Below, one piece after another: positions 9,850 through 18,812 of a stretch of 64,000 nucleotides of DNA. The notes under the pieces were generated by a model that did no database searches, was not told the origin of the DNA, and saw nothing but the letters and a program-made list of their open reading frames with translations. Positions within the stretch are counted from its first letter, which is position 1, and the number at the start of each line of letters is the position of its first letter. This stretch comes from an uncultured Acidimicrobiia bacterium. Lineage in GTDB: Bacteria > Actinomycetota > Acidimicrobiia > Spongiisociales > UBA5794. Made by a program: the position numbers and the translations under genes. The stretch is from assembly GCA_963792405.1 (NCBI GenBank), contig CAWBVU010000005.1:288815-352814 (forward strand), read 5' to 3'.

Positions 9850-11425
9850 TCAGGAGGCTTCCGCCGAGACGCCGGCCATCATGAGTCCGACCGCCTCCTC
9901 GGGTGGTCTGATCGGGGTCCACGATGCCCATGATGCGGCCCTCGTACATCACGGCGATGCGATCGGACAGGCCGAAGACCTCGTCGAGGTCTTCCGAGAT
10001 CATGAGGATCGCCGTGCACGCCTGTCGGTGCTCGAGCAGCTTCTGCTGGATGAACTCGGCATCGGTGAGGACGTTGCGCTTGTCGATGATGCGTCGGTGG
10101 ATGTACTCGGCAGCGCCGATGTCCACCCCACGCGTGGGCTGGGATGCCACGATCACGGTCGGCGATGCGGAGAGTTCCCTCGCGAGGATGAGCTTCTGGA
10201 TGTTGCCGCCCGACAGCGAACGACAGGCCGTCTCGATGGTCGGTGTGCGAACGTCGAAGTCCTTCACCAACTGCTCCGAATGCTCGCGGATCGCAGTGAA
10301 GTCGAAGAGGCCGCGCTTGAGGTAGTCCGCGCTGCGATGATCGATCAGGAGCAGGTTCTCCCACACCGTGAACTCACCGATGGTGCCTTCACGCATCCGC
10401 TCCTCCGGGATGTAGGCGAGGCCCGCCTGCCTCACCGCCTTCGGCTGTGCGTTCGTGACGTCCTGACCCTCGATCTTGATCGTGCCGCTCTCGACCCGCC
10501 GGATGCCGGCGATGGACTCGGCGAGCTCTCGTTGGCCGTTTCCGGAAACGCCCGCGATGCCCAGGATCTCTCCCTTGCGAACGTCGAGGTCGACACCGTC
10601 GATGGCGAGAAGGCCACGGTCACCCATCACGGTGAGGCCGCGGATCTCGAGGGCGACATCACCGGGTTCAGCGGGGAGCTTCTCCGGGCGGAGGGTCACG
10701 GCACGACCGACCATCATGTTCGCGAGGCTCTCGCGGGTGGCCGTCTTGGGATCGGACTGGCCGACCACCGCACCGTGTCGCAACACGGTGATGCGATCAC
10801 TCAGCGCAAGGACTTCATGGAGCTTGTGCGAGATGAAGATGAGACCTCGTCCGCCTGCGGTCAGCTGCCGGAGCGTTCCGAACAGCTGGTCGACCTCCTG
10901 CGGGGTCAGCACGGCTGTCGGTTCGTCCAGGATCAGCAGTCTGGCCTCCCGGTACAGCGCCTTGATGATCTCGACCCGCTGCCGCTCGCCAACCGACAGC
11001 TGCCAGATGAGCGCTGACGGATCGATGCCCAGTCCGTACTCGCCTGCGAGCTCGTCGATCCGTTCCGACACGACTCCGAGGTCGGTGAGCACGCCACGGC
11101 TCGACTTCAAGCCAAGGGCGACGTTCTCGGCGACGGTGAGCGTCGGAACGAGCATGAAGTGCTGGTGGATCATCCCCACGCCGTGCTCGATCGCCGCTGC
11201 CGGGCTGTCGATGTGCACCTGCTCGCCGTTGAGGAAGATCTCTCCTTCGTCAGCGTGGTACAGGCCGTAGAGCACCTTCATCAACGTGCTCTTGCCGGCT
11301 CCGTTCTCCCCGAGCAGGGTGTGGACCTCGCCGGCCTCGACGTCGAAGTCGACGTCGACGTTCGCGACCACGCCAGGGAACCGCTTGGTGATTCCGGTCA
11401 TCTGCAGCATGGGTGGTGTGGTCAC
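9850..11425 (-). CDS. nucleoside/sugar ABC transporter ATP-binding protein (two NBDs), frameshift near 9900
   Basis: GENGAGKS, LSVGERQRVEI, LSGGNIQK, QPTRGVDIGA; the canonical tail EAVGLMMAGVSAEAS-stop lies in another frame after ~9900. Confidence 0.92.
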
Positions 11426-11443
11426 ACGATGCTCCCGGGTTGG

Positions 11444-11471
11444 TGTCGGGGAGCCCTCGGGCTCCCCGACA
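11444..11471 (-). promoter_or_regulatory. intercistronic stem-loop after the substrate-binding protein gene
   Basis: 13-bp perfect inverted repeat TGTCGGGGAGCCC/GGGCTCCCCGACA between BMP and ATPase genes. Confidence 0.7.
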
Positions 11472-11483
11472 TCAGCATTGTCG

Positions 11484-12456
11484 CTATCCCTCGTCCTTGA
11501 ACGCCTCGACGGCATCCTCGCCGAGCTTCTTCACGTCGTCGGGGAGGTCGAAGGCATCGTTGTACTCGATGACCAGACCATCGTTGGCGAACGTGATCTC
11601 GTATGTCGTGCCACCGAGGGTGCCATCGACGATGCTGTTGACGATCTCTTCGAGGATGTGCTCCCAGTGGTACACCTGGGACGCAACGACGATGTCCGGG
11701 GCGAGGCTCGTCTGGTTCGACTGCGTTCCGAACCACAACACGCCATCCGTCTTTGCGACGCCGACAGCGCCCACGGTCATCTGCGCCGTGCCGGACATCA
11801 CGTCGGCACCGTTGCCGATGAGCGATTGCGCCGCTTCGGCTGCAAGTGCAACATCGCTGAACGAGTCGATGTAGTTGACATTGACTGTTGCACCCGGATT
11901 CTGCTTGAGCACGCCAGCCTTGAACCCGTCGACGTACAGCTTGGCGTCGCCGACCTCGACCGGGCCGACGATGCCGACGTTGTTGCTTGCCGACAGCGCT
12001 GCGGCCATGATGCCCATGACCTCACCGCCCTGATCCGAGGCCGCCTCGTACGCGTACACGTTCGGAAGACCGAAGGTGTCCGCCGCCGTGCCCCATGCGA
12101 ACGACGTTTCAGGGAAGTCCGGGGCGATCTCCTGCAGTGAACCGCCGTACTGCGATCCGTGGGCGATGACGAGGTCGATACCCGTCATTCGCATAGCCAC
12201 GAATGGCGACAGCCGCGTCATCGACGACGAAGGTGCCATCGGTGATGGCGACCTCACCGATCACGCCATCTTCGACGAGCCTGTTCGCGGCGTCGACGAT
12301 CGACTGCGTGAACGCAAGGTCGTTCGATGCCGACGGCGCCACGATGGCGACCCGGAAGTCCTCGCCGCCTCCACTGTCGCTGCTGCATGCAGCCCCAATG
12401 AGTGCCAGAACGGCCACCAGGGTGACGATGACCACAGTCCTCTTTCTCGATCTCAC
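11484..12456 (-). CDS. BMP family (nucleoside/purine) ABC substrate-binding lipoprotein, frameshift near 12180
   Basis: Lipobox IGAAC in ORF 12109..12456 joins ORF 11484..12257 at GY/DLVIAHGSQYG by removing one base (~323 aa). Confidence 0.88.
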
Positions 12457-12489
12457 GTTCTTCCTCCGTTTCCGAGGCTCGCGCCCCTC

Positions 12490-13422
12490 TCAGTCTGCAC
12501 GTATGAATGGCTTGGTCAACGCCGACGGCGCCCGGAAGCGACGTGCGACGAAGACGAGGGCCAGGATGGTGATGATCGCCGGGAGCATCGCAGCGAGGTT
12601 CGACAGCTCCCTGGGAATGACCTCGAGTGTCTTGAGCTCGAGGACGACGGCATTCACGAACCCGAAGAGCAATGCTCCGAGCATGACACCCAGGGGCCGC
12701 CATGCTCCGAAGTAGACGAGGGCGATGGCGATGAATCCAGCGGCGTTCGTGAGGTTCTGTTGGAAGATGCCGAGCGAAATGGCGAGGACTCCTCCGGCGA
12801 GTCCCGCAAGGGTGCCCCCGATCATCTGGGTCACATACCGCACGCCGTTCACGCTCACGCCCAGCGTGTCCGCGGCCTCGGGATACTCGCCGACGGCGCG
12901 CACGTTCATGCCGAACGTCGTCCGGTTGATGACGAAGGTCGCCAGGGGCACGGCGAGGAACGCCAAGTAGACAGGGATGCTGTGCTCGAAGAACATCTCA
13001 CCGATCCACGGGATGCCGGAGAGCACTGGGATCTCGACGGTGGGGAACGTCTCGATCGGGATCGGCGTGCCGACGAGCTTCTGGAACAGCAGGTCACTCA
13101 TGCCCAGACCGAACAGGTAGATGCCGATGCCGCTGATCCCCTGCTCGGCCTGCAACGTGACGGCGATCACGGCCGAGATGACGCCGAACACGAGACCCAC
13201 GACGCCCGCTGCGAGCAGCCCGATCCACGGATTGCCGGTCTTGAGCACTGCGTAGTACCCGGCGAACGCTCCGAGCAGCATGATGCCGTCGACGCCGAGG
13301 TTGAGGACTCCGCTTCGCTGGCCGAATGTCTCCCCCAACGCTGCGAGGAGCAGCGGCACTGCCAAACGGATCGCCGAGGCAATGACCCCGATGAATACTG
13401 CGAGGGTGAAGAAGTCACTCAC
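12490..13422 (-). CDS. nucleoside ABC transporter permease
   Basis: LAALGETFGQRSGVLNLGVDG, RAVGEYPEAADTLGVSV, GFIAIALV, APSALTKPF. Confidence 0.93.
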   Translation of the reverse strand: MSDFFTLAVFIGVIASAIRLAVPLLLAALGETFGQRSGVLNLGVDGIMLLGAFAGYYAVLKTGNPWIGLLAAGVVGLVFGVISAVIAVTLQAEQGISGIGIYLFGLGMSDLLFQKLVGTPIPIETFPTVEIPVLSGIPWIGEMFFEHSIPVYLAFLAVPLATFVINRTTFGMNVRAVGEYPEAADTLGVSVNGVRYVTQMIGGTLAGLAGGVLAISLGIFQQNLTNAAGFIAIALVYFGAWRPLGVMLGALLFGFVNAVVLELKTLEVIPRELSNLAAMLPAIITILALVFVARRFRAPSALTKPFIRAD

Positions 13423-14603
13423 GACGAGTCCTCCGGGTCGAACGAGTGCGTCAACTCCGGAGGGGCATCACGGGTCGACCCCATGAGCGCCTCCTCGTCC
13501 GGATCTCCCGCTACGTCCTCGTCGGTGCGATCGTGCGAGAGCAGCCTCGACCGATACCTGTCCGCAGCTACCACGAACACGACGACGAGGCCGTTGAGGG
13601 CGATGATCAGGGCAGACGGAACCTGAACGGCTCGTTGGAGCGCCTGGCCACCGACGATCAACCCCCCGAAGAGGAACGACGCGGGGATCGTCCACAACGG
13701 GTGTAGCCCACCGAAGAGGGCTGCGACGATGCCGTTGAAGCCCGCGCTGCCAGTGAACCCGATCGTCGACCCATCGGTCACCATGCGATGGCTCTCCGAT
13801 CCGAAGACCAGTATGGCGCCCGCCAGGCCTGCCAGGGAGCCGGACAGTGTGAGGGCCAGGGTGATCGTCCGCTTCACCTTGATGCCGGCGTAGTTCGCCG
13901 AGTGCTCGGACAGCCCGACGGCTCGGAGTTCGTAGCCCAGGGGCGTTCGCCACAGCAGGTAGTAGCAGGCAATCGCAGCGAGGACCGCGATGATCGGGCC
14001 GATGTGGAAACGATCGCCGTAGATGATCGGAAGGTCAGCGGCTTCCGGGAGCCTGGCGGTCTGGGGGATCCGGGTGCCGAGCTCGACCTCACGGGGATCG
14101 ATGAGTGGGCCGCGCAGCAGATAGTTCATCAACTGCACCGCGACGATGTTGAGCATGATCGTCGAGAGGATCTCGTTCACGCGGTACTGGGCCTTGAGGA
14201 TGCCGGGTATGAAACCCCAGGCCGCCCCGCCGAGAAGGCCGGCACACATCACGAGCGGGATCATGACGACCGCAGGCATCGAAGGCAGGTAGAGGGCTGC
14301 GATCGTGGCGACCAGGCCTCCGAGCACCATCTGACCTTCGGCACCGATGTTGATGACGTTCGCCCGGAATGCGATGACGATGCCGACACCGACGAGCAGC
14401 AATGGTGTCGCCTTGAGGATCGTCGCAATCAGTGCATCGCCCGAGCCGAATGCACCGACGAACATCTCGACATACCCCTCGATCGGGTCGGCGCCGAGGA
14501 GGACGAGCATGACCGCCCCGAACAGGAGTGCGGCCACGACTGCGAAGACAGGAATGGAGTACGCGAGGAGACGACGCTGTCGATGCGTGAGGTCGATCGT
14601 CAT
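13419..14603 (-). CDS. nucleoside ABC transporter permease
   Basis: ATPLLLVG, NIGAEGQ, VNEILSTIMLN, GYELRAVG, GFNGIVAALFG. Confidence 0.93.
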   Translation of the reverse strand: MTIDLTHRQRRLLAYSIPVFAVVAALLFGAVMLVLLGADPIEGYVEMFVGAFGSGDALIATILKATPLLLVGVGIVIAFRANVINIGAEGQMVLGGLVATIAALYLPSMPAVVMIPLVMCAGLLGGAAWGFIPGILKAQYRVNEILSTIMLNIVAVQLMNYLLRGPLIDPREVELGTRIPQTARLPEAADLPIIYGDRFHIGPIIAVLAAIACYYLLWRTPLGYELRAVGLSEHSANYAGIKVKRTITLALTLSGSLAGLAGAILVFGSESHRMVTDGSTIGFTGSAGFNGIVAALFGGLHPLWTIPASFLFGGLIVGGQALQRAVQVPSALIIALNGLVVVFVVAADRYRSRLLSHDRTDEDVAGDPDEEALMGSTRDAPPELTHSFDPEDSS

Positions 14604-14668
14604 CGCGGACCCATCTCAGACTCACACCAGACTCAGGAACCCGAATTACCTAGAAGCCTGCTATGTAA

Positions 14669-14683
14669 TTAACGAAATGTCAA
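14669..14683 (-). promoter_or_regulatory. operator-like imperfect palindrome overlapping a TTGACA -35 of the ABC operon
   Basis: TTAACGAAATGTCAA matches the 15353-15367 palindrome at 13/15; AT-rich patch in a GC-rich genome. Confidence 0.7.
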
Positions 14684-14687
14684 ACCG

Positions 14688-15053
14688 CTACGTCCGGATC
14701 GCGTTCAGGTAGTTGTAGATCGTGATGCGGCTCACTTGCATCAGATCGGCCACCTCCTCGATCGACTTCCTCAGCTGGAAGGCTCCCCGCTCGTCGAGCA
14801 TCCGAATCGCGGACTGCTTGCCGGACCGGTCGAGGTCCGGGAGGGATGCCCCGAGCTCATCCTCGATCCGCGAGATCAGCGTGTCGAGCGCCTCGGAGAG
14901 GGATCCGATGCGCACGTATGCGATGGCCTCTCCGTCCCATACGACCGCAACGTCCATCCGGTCCGCGTCCTCGACCGCGACGAGCAAGCTTCCTGTCGCT
15001 TCCACTACCGGGCGAATCGCCTCGATGACGTCGTTCGTGGTTGCGGTCGCCAT
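14688..15053 (-). CDS. helix-turn-helix regulator (HTH_22/DauR-like C-terminal domain)
   Basis: KQSAIRMLDERGAFQLRKSIEEVADLMQVSRITIYNYL. Confidence 0.85.
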   Translation of the reverse strand: MATATTNDVIEAIRPVVEATGSLLVAVEDADRMDVAVVWDGEAIAYVRIGSLSEALDTLISRIEDELGASLPDLDRSGKQSAIRMLDERGAFQLRKSIEEVADLMQVSRITIYNYLNAIRT

Positions 15054-15298
15054 CACGAATCGGTCCGCTCGACCACCTGGAGCGACACGCGGGTTGCGCC
15101 GGCTCCCAGGGCAGCGGTCACCAGGGCGGACACGGCCCGAGCGATGGTTGAAGCATCCCCGACGACCGTTGTCCCGAAGGCGCCGACATCGGGGGCCAAT
15201 CCCATCGAACGGACCGCTTCGATGCCCGCTTGCACCGATGGACCGGGCGAGCCCTCCGTGAACGGTTCGATGAAGAACTCGGCCAGGTACTCCGCCAC
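15053..15298 (-). CDS. small thiamine-binding-protein-like (ferredoxin-fold) protein
   Basis: AEFFIEPF...DVGAFGTTVVG...ATRVSLQV; AAGGAG RBS; TGATG coupling to HTH gene. Confidence 0.7.
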   Translation of the reverse strand: MAEYLAEFFIEPFTEGSPGPSVQAGIEAVRSMGLAPDVGAFGTTVVGDASTIARAVSALVTAALGAGATRVSLQVVERTDS

Positions 15299-15352
15299 GG
15301 CGTCTCCTTGCTCGACAGCGCCATCGTAGCCGCGAGTTCCTTAGCCGAGCAG

Positions 15353-15367
15353 TTGACAAAATGTCAA
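15353..15367. promoter_or_regulatory. perfect palindrome TTGACA-AAA-TGTCAA in the divergent promoter region
   Basis: Seen directly; provides a consensus -35 in both directions between the regulator pair and xdh. Confidence 0.8.
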
Positions 15368-15408
15368 TGGAGAGGACAAGATGAGGACGCCGATCAGGAG
15401 GTCCGGCG

Positions 15409-17973
15409 ATGGAAACCATCTCGTTCACCGTCAATGGACAGCCCGGCGTGGTGCGAGCCGACCATCCCCACCTGTTGTCCGCACTTCGCGAGGAGCTCGG
15501 GATCACGAGCCCGAAGGACGGATGCTCACCATCGGGCCAGTGCGGCGCCTGCACCGTGCTGCTCGATGGCAAGGCGATCCAGAGCTGTCTCGTGTCGATG
15601 GAGAAGGCCTCCGGCAGGGACGTCATCACGCTCGAGGGGTTCGATGTTGCTGAACGGGAGCGTCTCGCGCACGCGTTTGCGAGCGCCGGGGCGCTCCAGT
15701 GCGGCTTCTGCACACCGGGGATCCTGGTACGAACGAAGTCCCTGCTCGATGCGAAGGGATCGGACCTCGACCTGCCGACGATCAAGAGCCGCCTGGGTGC
15801 ACACCTGTGCCGATGCACCGGATACACGAAGATCCTCGACGCCATCGACCTCCTGGTCGAGGGCACGGTCCCGCTGCCTCGTACACCGTCGATGGTCGGT
15901 GATGGTGGCGCCAAGTACGAGGGGATCGAGCTCGCCCTCGGCGATCGGGGCTACGTGGACGACCTGCGTCCGGACGGACTCCTCCACGCAGTCCTGAAGC
16001 TGACGGACCACGCGCGTGCCGACATCGACGGCATTGACACCTCCGCGGCGGAATCGGCGCCCGGCGTCGTGGCCGTGTTCACGGGAGCCGACGTTCCCGG
16101 CCAGCTCAAGGTGGGCATCATCCACGAGGATTGGCCCGTGTTCATCCCAGAGGGCGGACGAACATCGTTCTACGGGGACGTGCTGGCCATCGTGGTGGCG
16201 GGTACGAAGGCCGAAGCAACGGCTGCGGCCGACCTCATCGAGGTCGCCTACACGGTCCATCCGCCGTTCGCCGATCCGCTGAGCGCGCTCGAGTCCGACG
16301 AGGACGCAGTATGGGGCCTCGAGGGCAACCTCCTCTCCCGATCGACGTACACGAGGGGCGACGTCGACGTCGCTCTGGAAACGGCGACACACACCATCCA
16401 CGAGACCTTCCTGACCCAACGCGTCGAGCACGCGTTCCTCGAGCCCGAGTCGACACTCGCCGTCCCGACCGACGACGGTCTCCACGTCTATTCGGGCGGG
16501 CAGGGCGTGTGGGACGACCGCGACCAGATCGCCAAGATCCTCGACGTCGAGCCGCAGACGGTCATCGTGGAACTGGTCTCCAACGGCGGCGCCTTCGGCG
16601 GCAAGGAGGACTTGTCCAACCAGGGCCAGACAGCCCTCGCCGCCCACCTTCTCGGCCGGCCGGTCGCCTGCACCCTCACCAGGGAGCAGTCCTTCCGCAT
16701 CCATGCCAAGCGCCACCCCATACGCATCGAGGTCTGGGCGGGGTGCGACGCGGAGGGCAGGCTGACGGCATTGCGTTCACGGATGATCGGGGACTCCGGG
16801 CCGTACGCATCCGTCGGCATGAAGGTGCTCGAGAGGGCAGCGGGTCACATGAGCGGCCCCTACACCATTCCGAACATCGACGTCGAAGCGTTGGCGGTGC
16901 GAACGAACAACCCCGTTGGTGGAGCGTTCCGGGGATTCGGTGCGAACCAGGCACAGTTCGCCATGGAGGGCATCATGGACCGCCTGGCCGACGCCGCCGG
17001 ACTCAGTGGCTGGGAGATCCGATCCCGCAACATCGTCACACCTGGCGCCGAGTGGGGCCCCGGTCAGATCATGGACGACGGGTCGCGTGGCATCCGCGAG
17101 TGTCTCGATGCCATCCGGGCGCAGTACGACGAGGCACGATCGGCTGGCAAGGCCGTCGGCCTCGGCCTCGCGATCAAGAACTCCGGTCTCGGGAACGGAT
17201 TCGTCGAGATCTCCAAGGCCGTCGTCCGATTCCGCGATGACGGCCGGGTCGAGGTTCGCCACTGCTGGACGGAGATGGGCCAGGGCGTCCACAATGTCGC
17301 CCTCCAGGTCGCCGCCCAAGAGCTCTCCATCGACCCGAACCGCATCGATGTCATCGTCGACACCACCCTCGAGCTCGGCGCAGGGCAGACCACGGGATCG
17401 CGTGGCACCATCATGGCTGCGGGAGGAGTCGCCCGGGCGTGTGAGAGCGCGTTGGCAGGAGGGTGCCAGGTCGGTATCGACTATGAGGGTGAGTACCGCG
17501 TCGATTGGACGAACTCACTCGAGGAAGGCCTCGAGCATCCCGTCATCCACTCGGCATTCGGCTACGCAGCGCAACTCGTGATCGCCGATCCACAGACCGG
17601 CGACATCGAGAAGGTGGTCGCCGCCCACGACGTCGGGAGGGCGGTGAATCCAACCCTCGTCGAGGGCCAGATCGAAGGTGCGGTCCACATGGGTCTCGGG
17701 TACGCACTCACCGAGGAGTTCCCCACCGACGAGGAAGCTCGCCCAACCAAGAAGAACCTCCGTTCACTCGGAATCATCCGCCCCAAGGACATGCCCGAGA
17801 TAGAAACGATCATCGTCGAGGTACCACAGCCCGGCGCCCCCTACGGGGTCAAGGGCGTGGGCGAGATCGGACTGGTCCCGACGGCCGGTGCGGTGGCCGC
17901 TGCGCTCCACGAGGTCGATGGCGTGTGGAGGACACGGACACCGATGGGGGTCCATCAACCCGTCGAGCGATGA
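15409..17973 (+). CDS. xdh: fused [2Fe-2S]/molybdopterin xanthine dehydrogenase, selenium-dependent XDH-like
   Basis: KDGCSPSGQCGACTVL, QCGFCTPG, CRCTGY, HAFLEPES, GGAFGGKED, GAFRGFG, KGVGE; 854 aa, no FAD domain. Confidence 0.88.
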   Translation: METISFTVNGQPGVVRADHPHLLSALREELGITSPKDGCSPSGQCGACTVLLDGKAIQSCLVSMEKASGRDVITLEGFDVAERERLAHAFASAGALQCGFCTPGILVRTKSLLDAKGSDLDLPTIKSRLGAHLCRCTGYTKILDAIDLLVEGTVPLPRTPSMVGDGGAKYEGIELALGDRGYVDDLRPDGLLHAVLKLTDHARADIDGIDTSAAESAPGVVAVFTGADVPGQLKVGIIHEDWPVFIPEGGRTSFYGDVLAIVVAGTKAEATAAADLIEVAYTVHPPFADPLSALESDEDAVWGLEGNLLSRSTYTRGDVDVALETATHTIHETFLTQRVEHAFLEPESTLAVPTDDGLHVYSGGQGVWDDRDQIAKILDVEPQTVIVELVSNGGAFGGKEDLSNQGQTALAAHLLGRPVACTLTREQSFRIHAKRHPIRIEVWAGCDAEGRLTALRSRMIGDSGPYASVGMKVLERAAGHMSGPYTIPNIDVEALAVRTNNPVGGAFRGFGANQAQFAMEGIMDRLADAAGLSGWEIRSRNIVTPGAEWGPGQIMDDGSRGIRECLDAIRAQYDEARSAGKAVGLGLAIKNSGLGNGFVEISKAVVRFRDDGRVEVRHCWTEMGQGVHNVALQVAAQELSIDPNRIDVIVDTTLELGAGQTTGSRGTIMAAGGVARACESALAGGCQVGIDYEGEYRVDWTNSLEEGLEHPVIHSAFGYAAQLVIADPQTGDIEKVVAAHDVGRAVNPTLVEGQIEGAVHMGLGYALTEEFPTDEEARPTKKNLRSLGIIRPKDMPEIETIIVEVPQPGAPYGVKGVGEIGLVPTAGAVAAALHEVDGVWRTRTPMGVHQPVER

Positions 17974-18077
17974 TCGACGCGGAACCAGGGACGCTCACCA
18001 CGGCGCCAACGACCATGGGGCGGCGCGGAACCCCCGTTCGAAGGAGGCGGTGGTCCTGGCGAGGTGGTACGTCCCGC

Positions 18078-18268
18078 TCAGGACGGGCGGCGTCGGCTCC
18101 ACACGACGAGGCCTGTGCCGCCACCTGCAGTCGCCAGCCCGATCACCACCCGTGCCCCGCTTCCGGTCACGAAGTTCTGCGGCGCGAACTCGGAGTCGAC
18201 GCCTTGGAGGGCCATGAGACGCCCATCGCCATCATGAGGATGCCGAGCACGATTCCCACGGTGCGCAT
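18078..18268 (-). CDS. small two-TM membrane protein, frameshift near 18212
   Basis: MRTVGIVLGILMMAMGVSW joins (A)LQGVDSEFAPQNFVTGSG...VVWSRRRPS if one base is restored. Confidence 0.6.
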
Positions 18269-18306
18269 GCGCCAAGCGTCGGGAGCGGACCCCGCCAGTC
18301 GCACAC

Positions 18307-18498
18307 CTAGCCGTTGCGCTCCGCGACCCAGCAAGGACTGCAGTACGCGCCCCATTCCCCGTGGCGCGGATCCTCGGTGAGGGGCTGGTCGCAATGCGTG
18401 CACCGAGACCGGACGAAGTCGTCCGCGACGCGACCGAACGGCCCGTCGGACGACAACAAGTCGGAGATGAGGATCGCGTTCGAGCTTCCGGAGGTCAC
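18307..18498 (-). CDS. small zinc-finger-like protein (CxxC...CxxC)
   Basis: CTHC and CSPC motifs; TACCTT -10 seven nt before GTG 18498. Confidence 0.55.
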   Translation of the reverse strand: MTSGSSNAILISDLLSSDGPFGRVADDFVRSRCTHCDQPLTEDPRHGEWGAYCSPCWVAERNG

Positions 18499-18554
18499 CA
18501 CCGGAAAGGTACGCCGAGGTACCGGTTATCGGATCGAGCGACGACCGCAGGACG

Positions 18555-18812
18555 TCAGGAGCCCTGCCCGGTCGCCGTGGGGATGATCTCGTCGAGCGAC
18601 GCGATCACCTCCTCGATGGTGGCATGACGCCCGAGTTCCTTCTTCGAGAAGACGAGCTGGTCGTCCACCATCACCTCGAACACGCCACCACGCGATGGGA
18701 TCACCGTGATGTCGTCGATGTAGTGCTCGTATTTGCCGAGGATCGCCTGCACCATGCTCACGGCACGGTCGGTATAGCCTCAAGCGGCGCAGTACTCGAG
18801 TGACAGGTTCAT
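18555..18812 (-). CDS. Rdx (SelW/SelT/SelH-like) selenoprotein with CxxU motif, 85 aa
   Basis: ATG 18812 gives [21 protein letters not shown]...IPSRGGVFEVMVDDQLVFSKKELGRH; TGA at 18780-18782 occupies the second redox position. Confidence 0.92.
18751..18769 (-). promoter_or_regulatory. putative bacterial SECIS hairpin
   Basis: ACCGUGC-CGUGA-GCAUGGU (7-bp stem with one G-U pair, G-containing loop) starting 10 nt after the UGA. Confidence 0.7.

Noticed and set aside
12170-12190. Programmed frameshifting in the BMP, GH13-like or ATPase genes
   Set aside because: No slippery heptamer or long homopolymer at the junctions; scattered indels are better explained as sequencing error
17970-18380. ORF starting at the ATGA overlap with the xdh stop
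   Set aside because: Translation is low-complexity with no family motif and runs antisense to better-supported small genes
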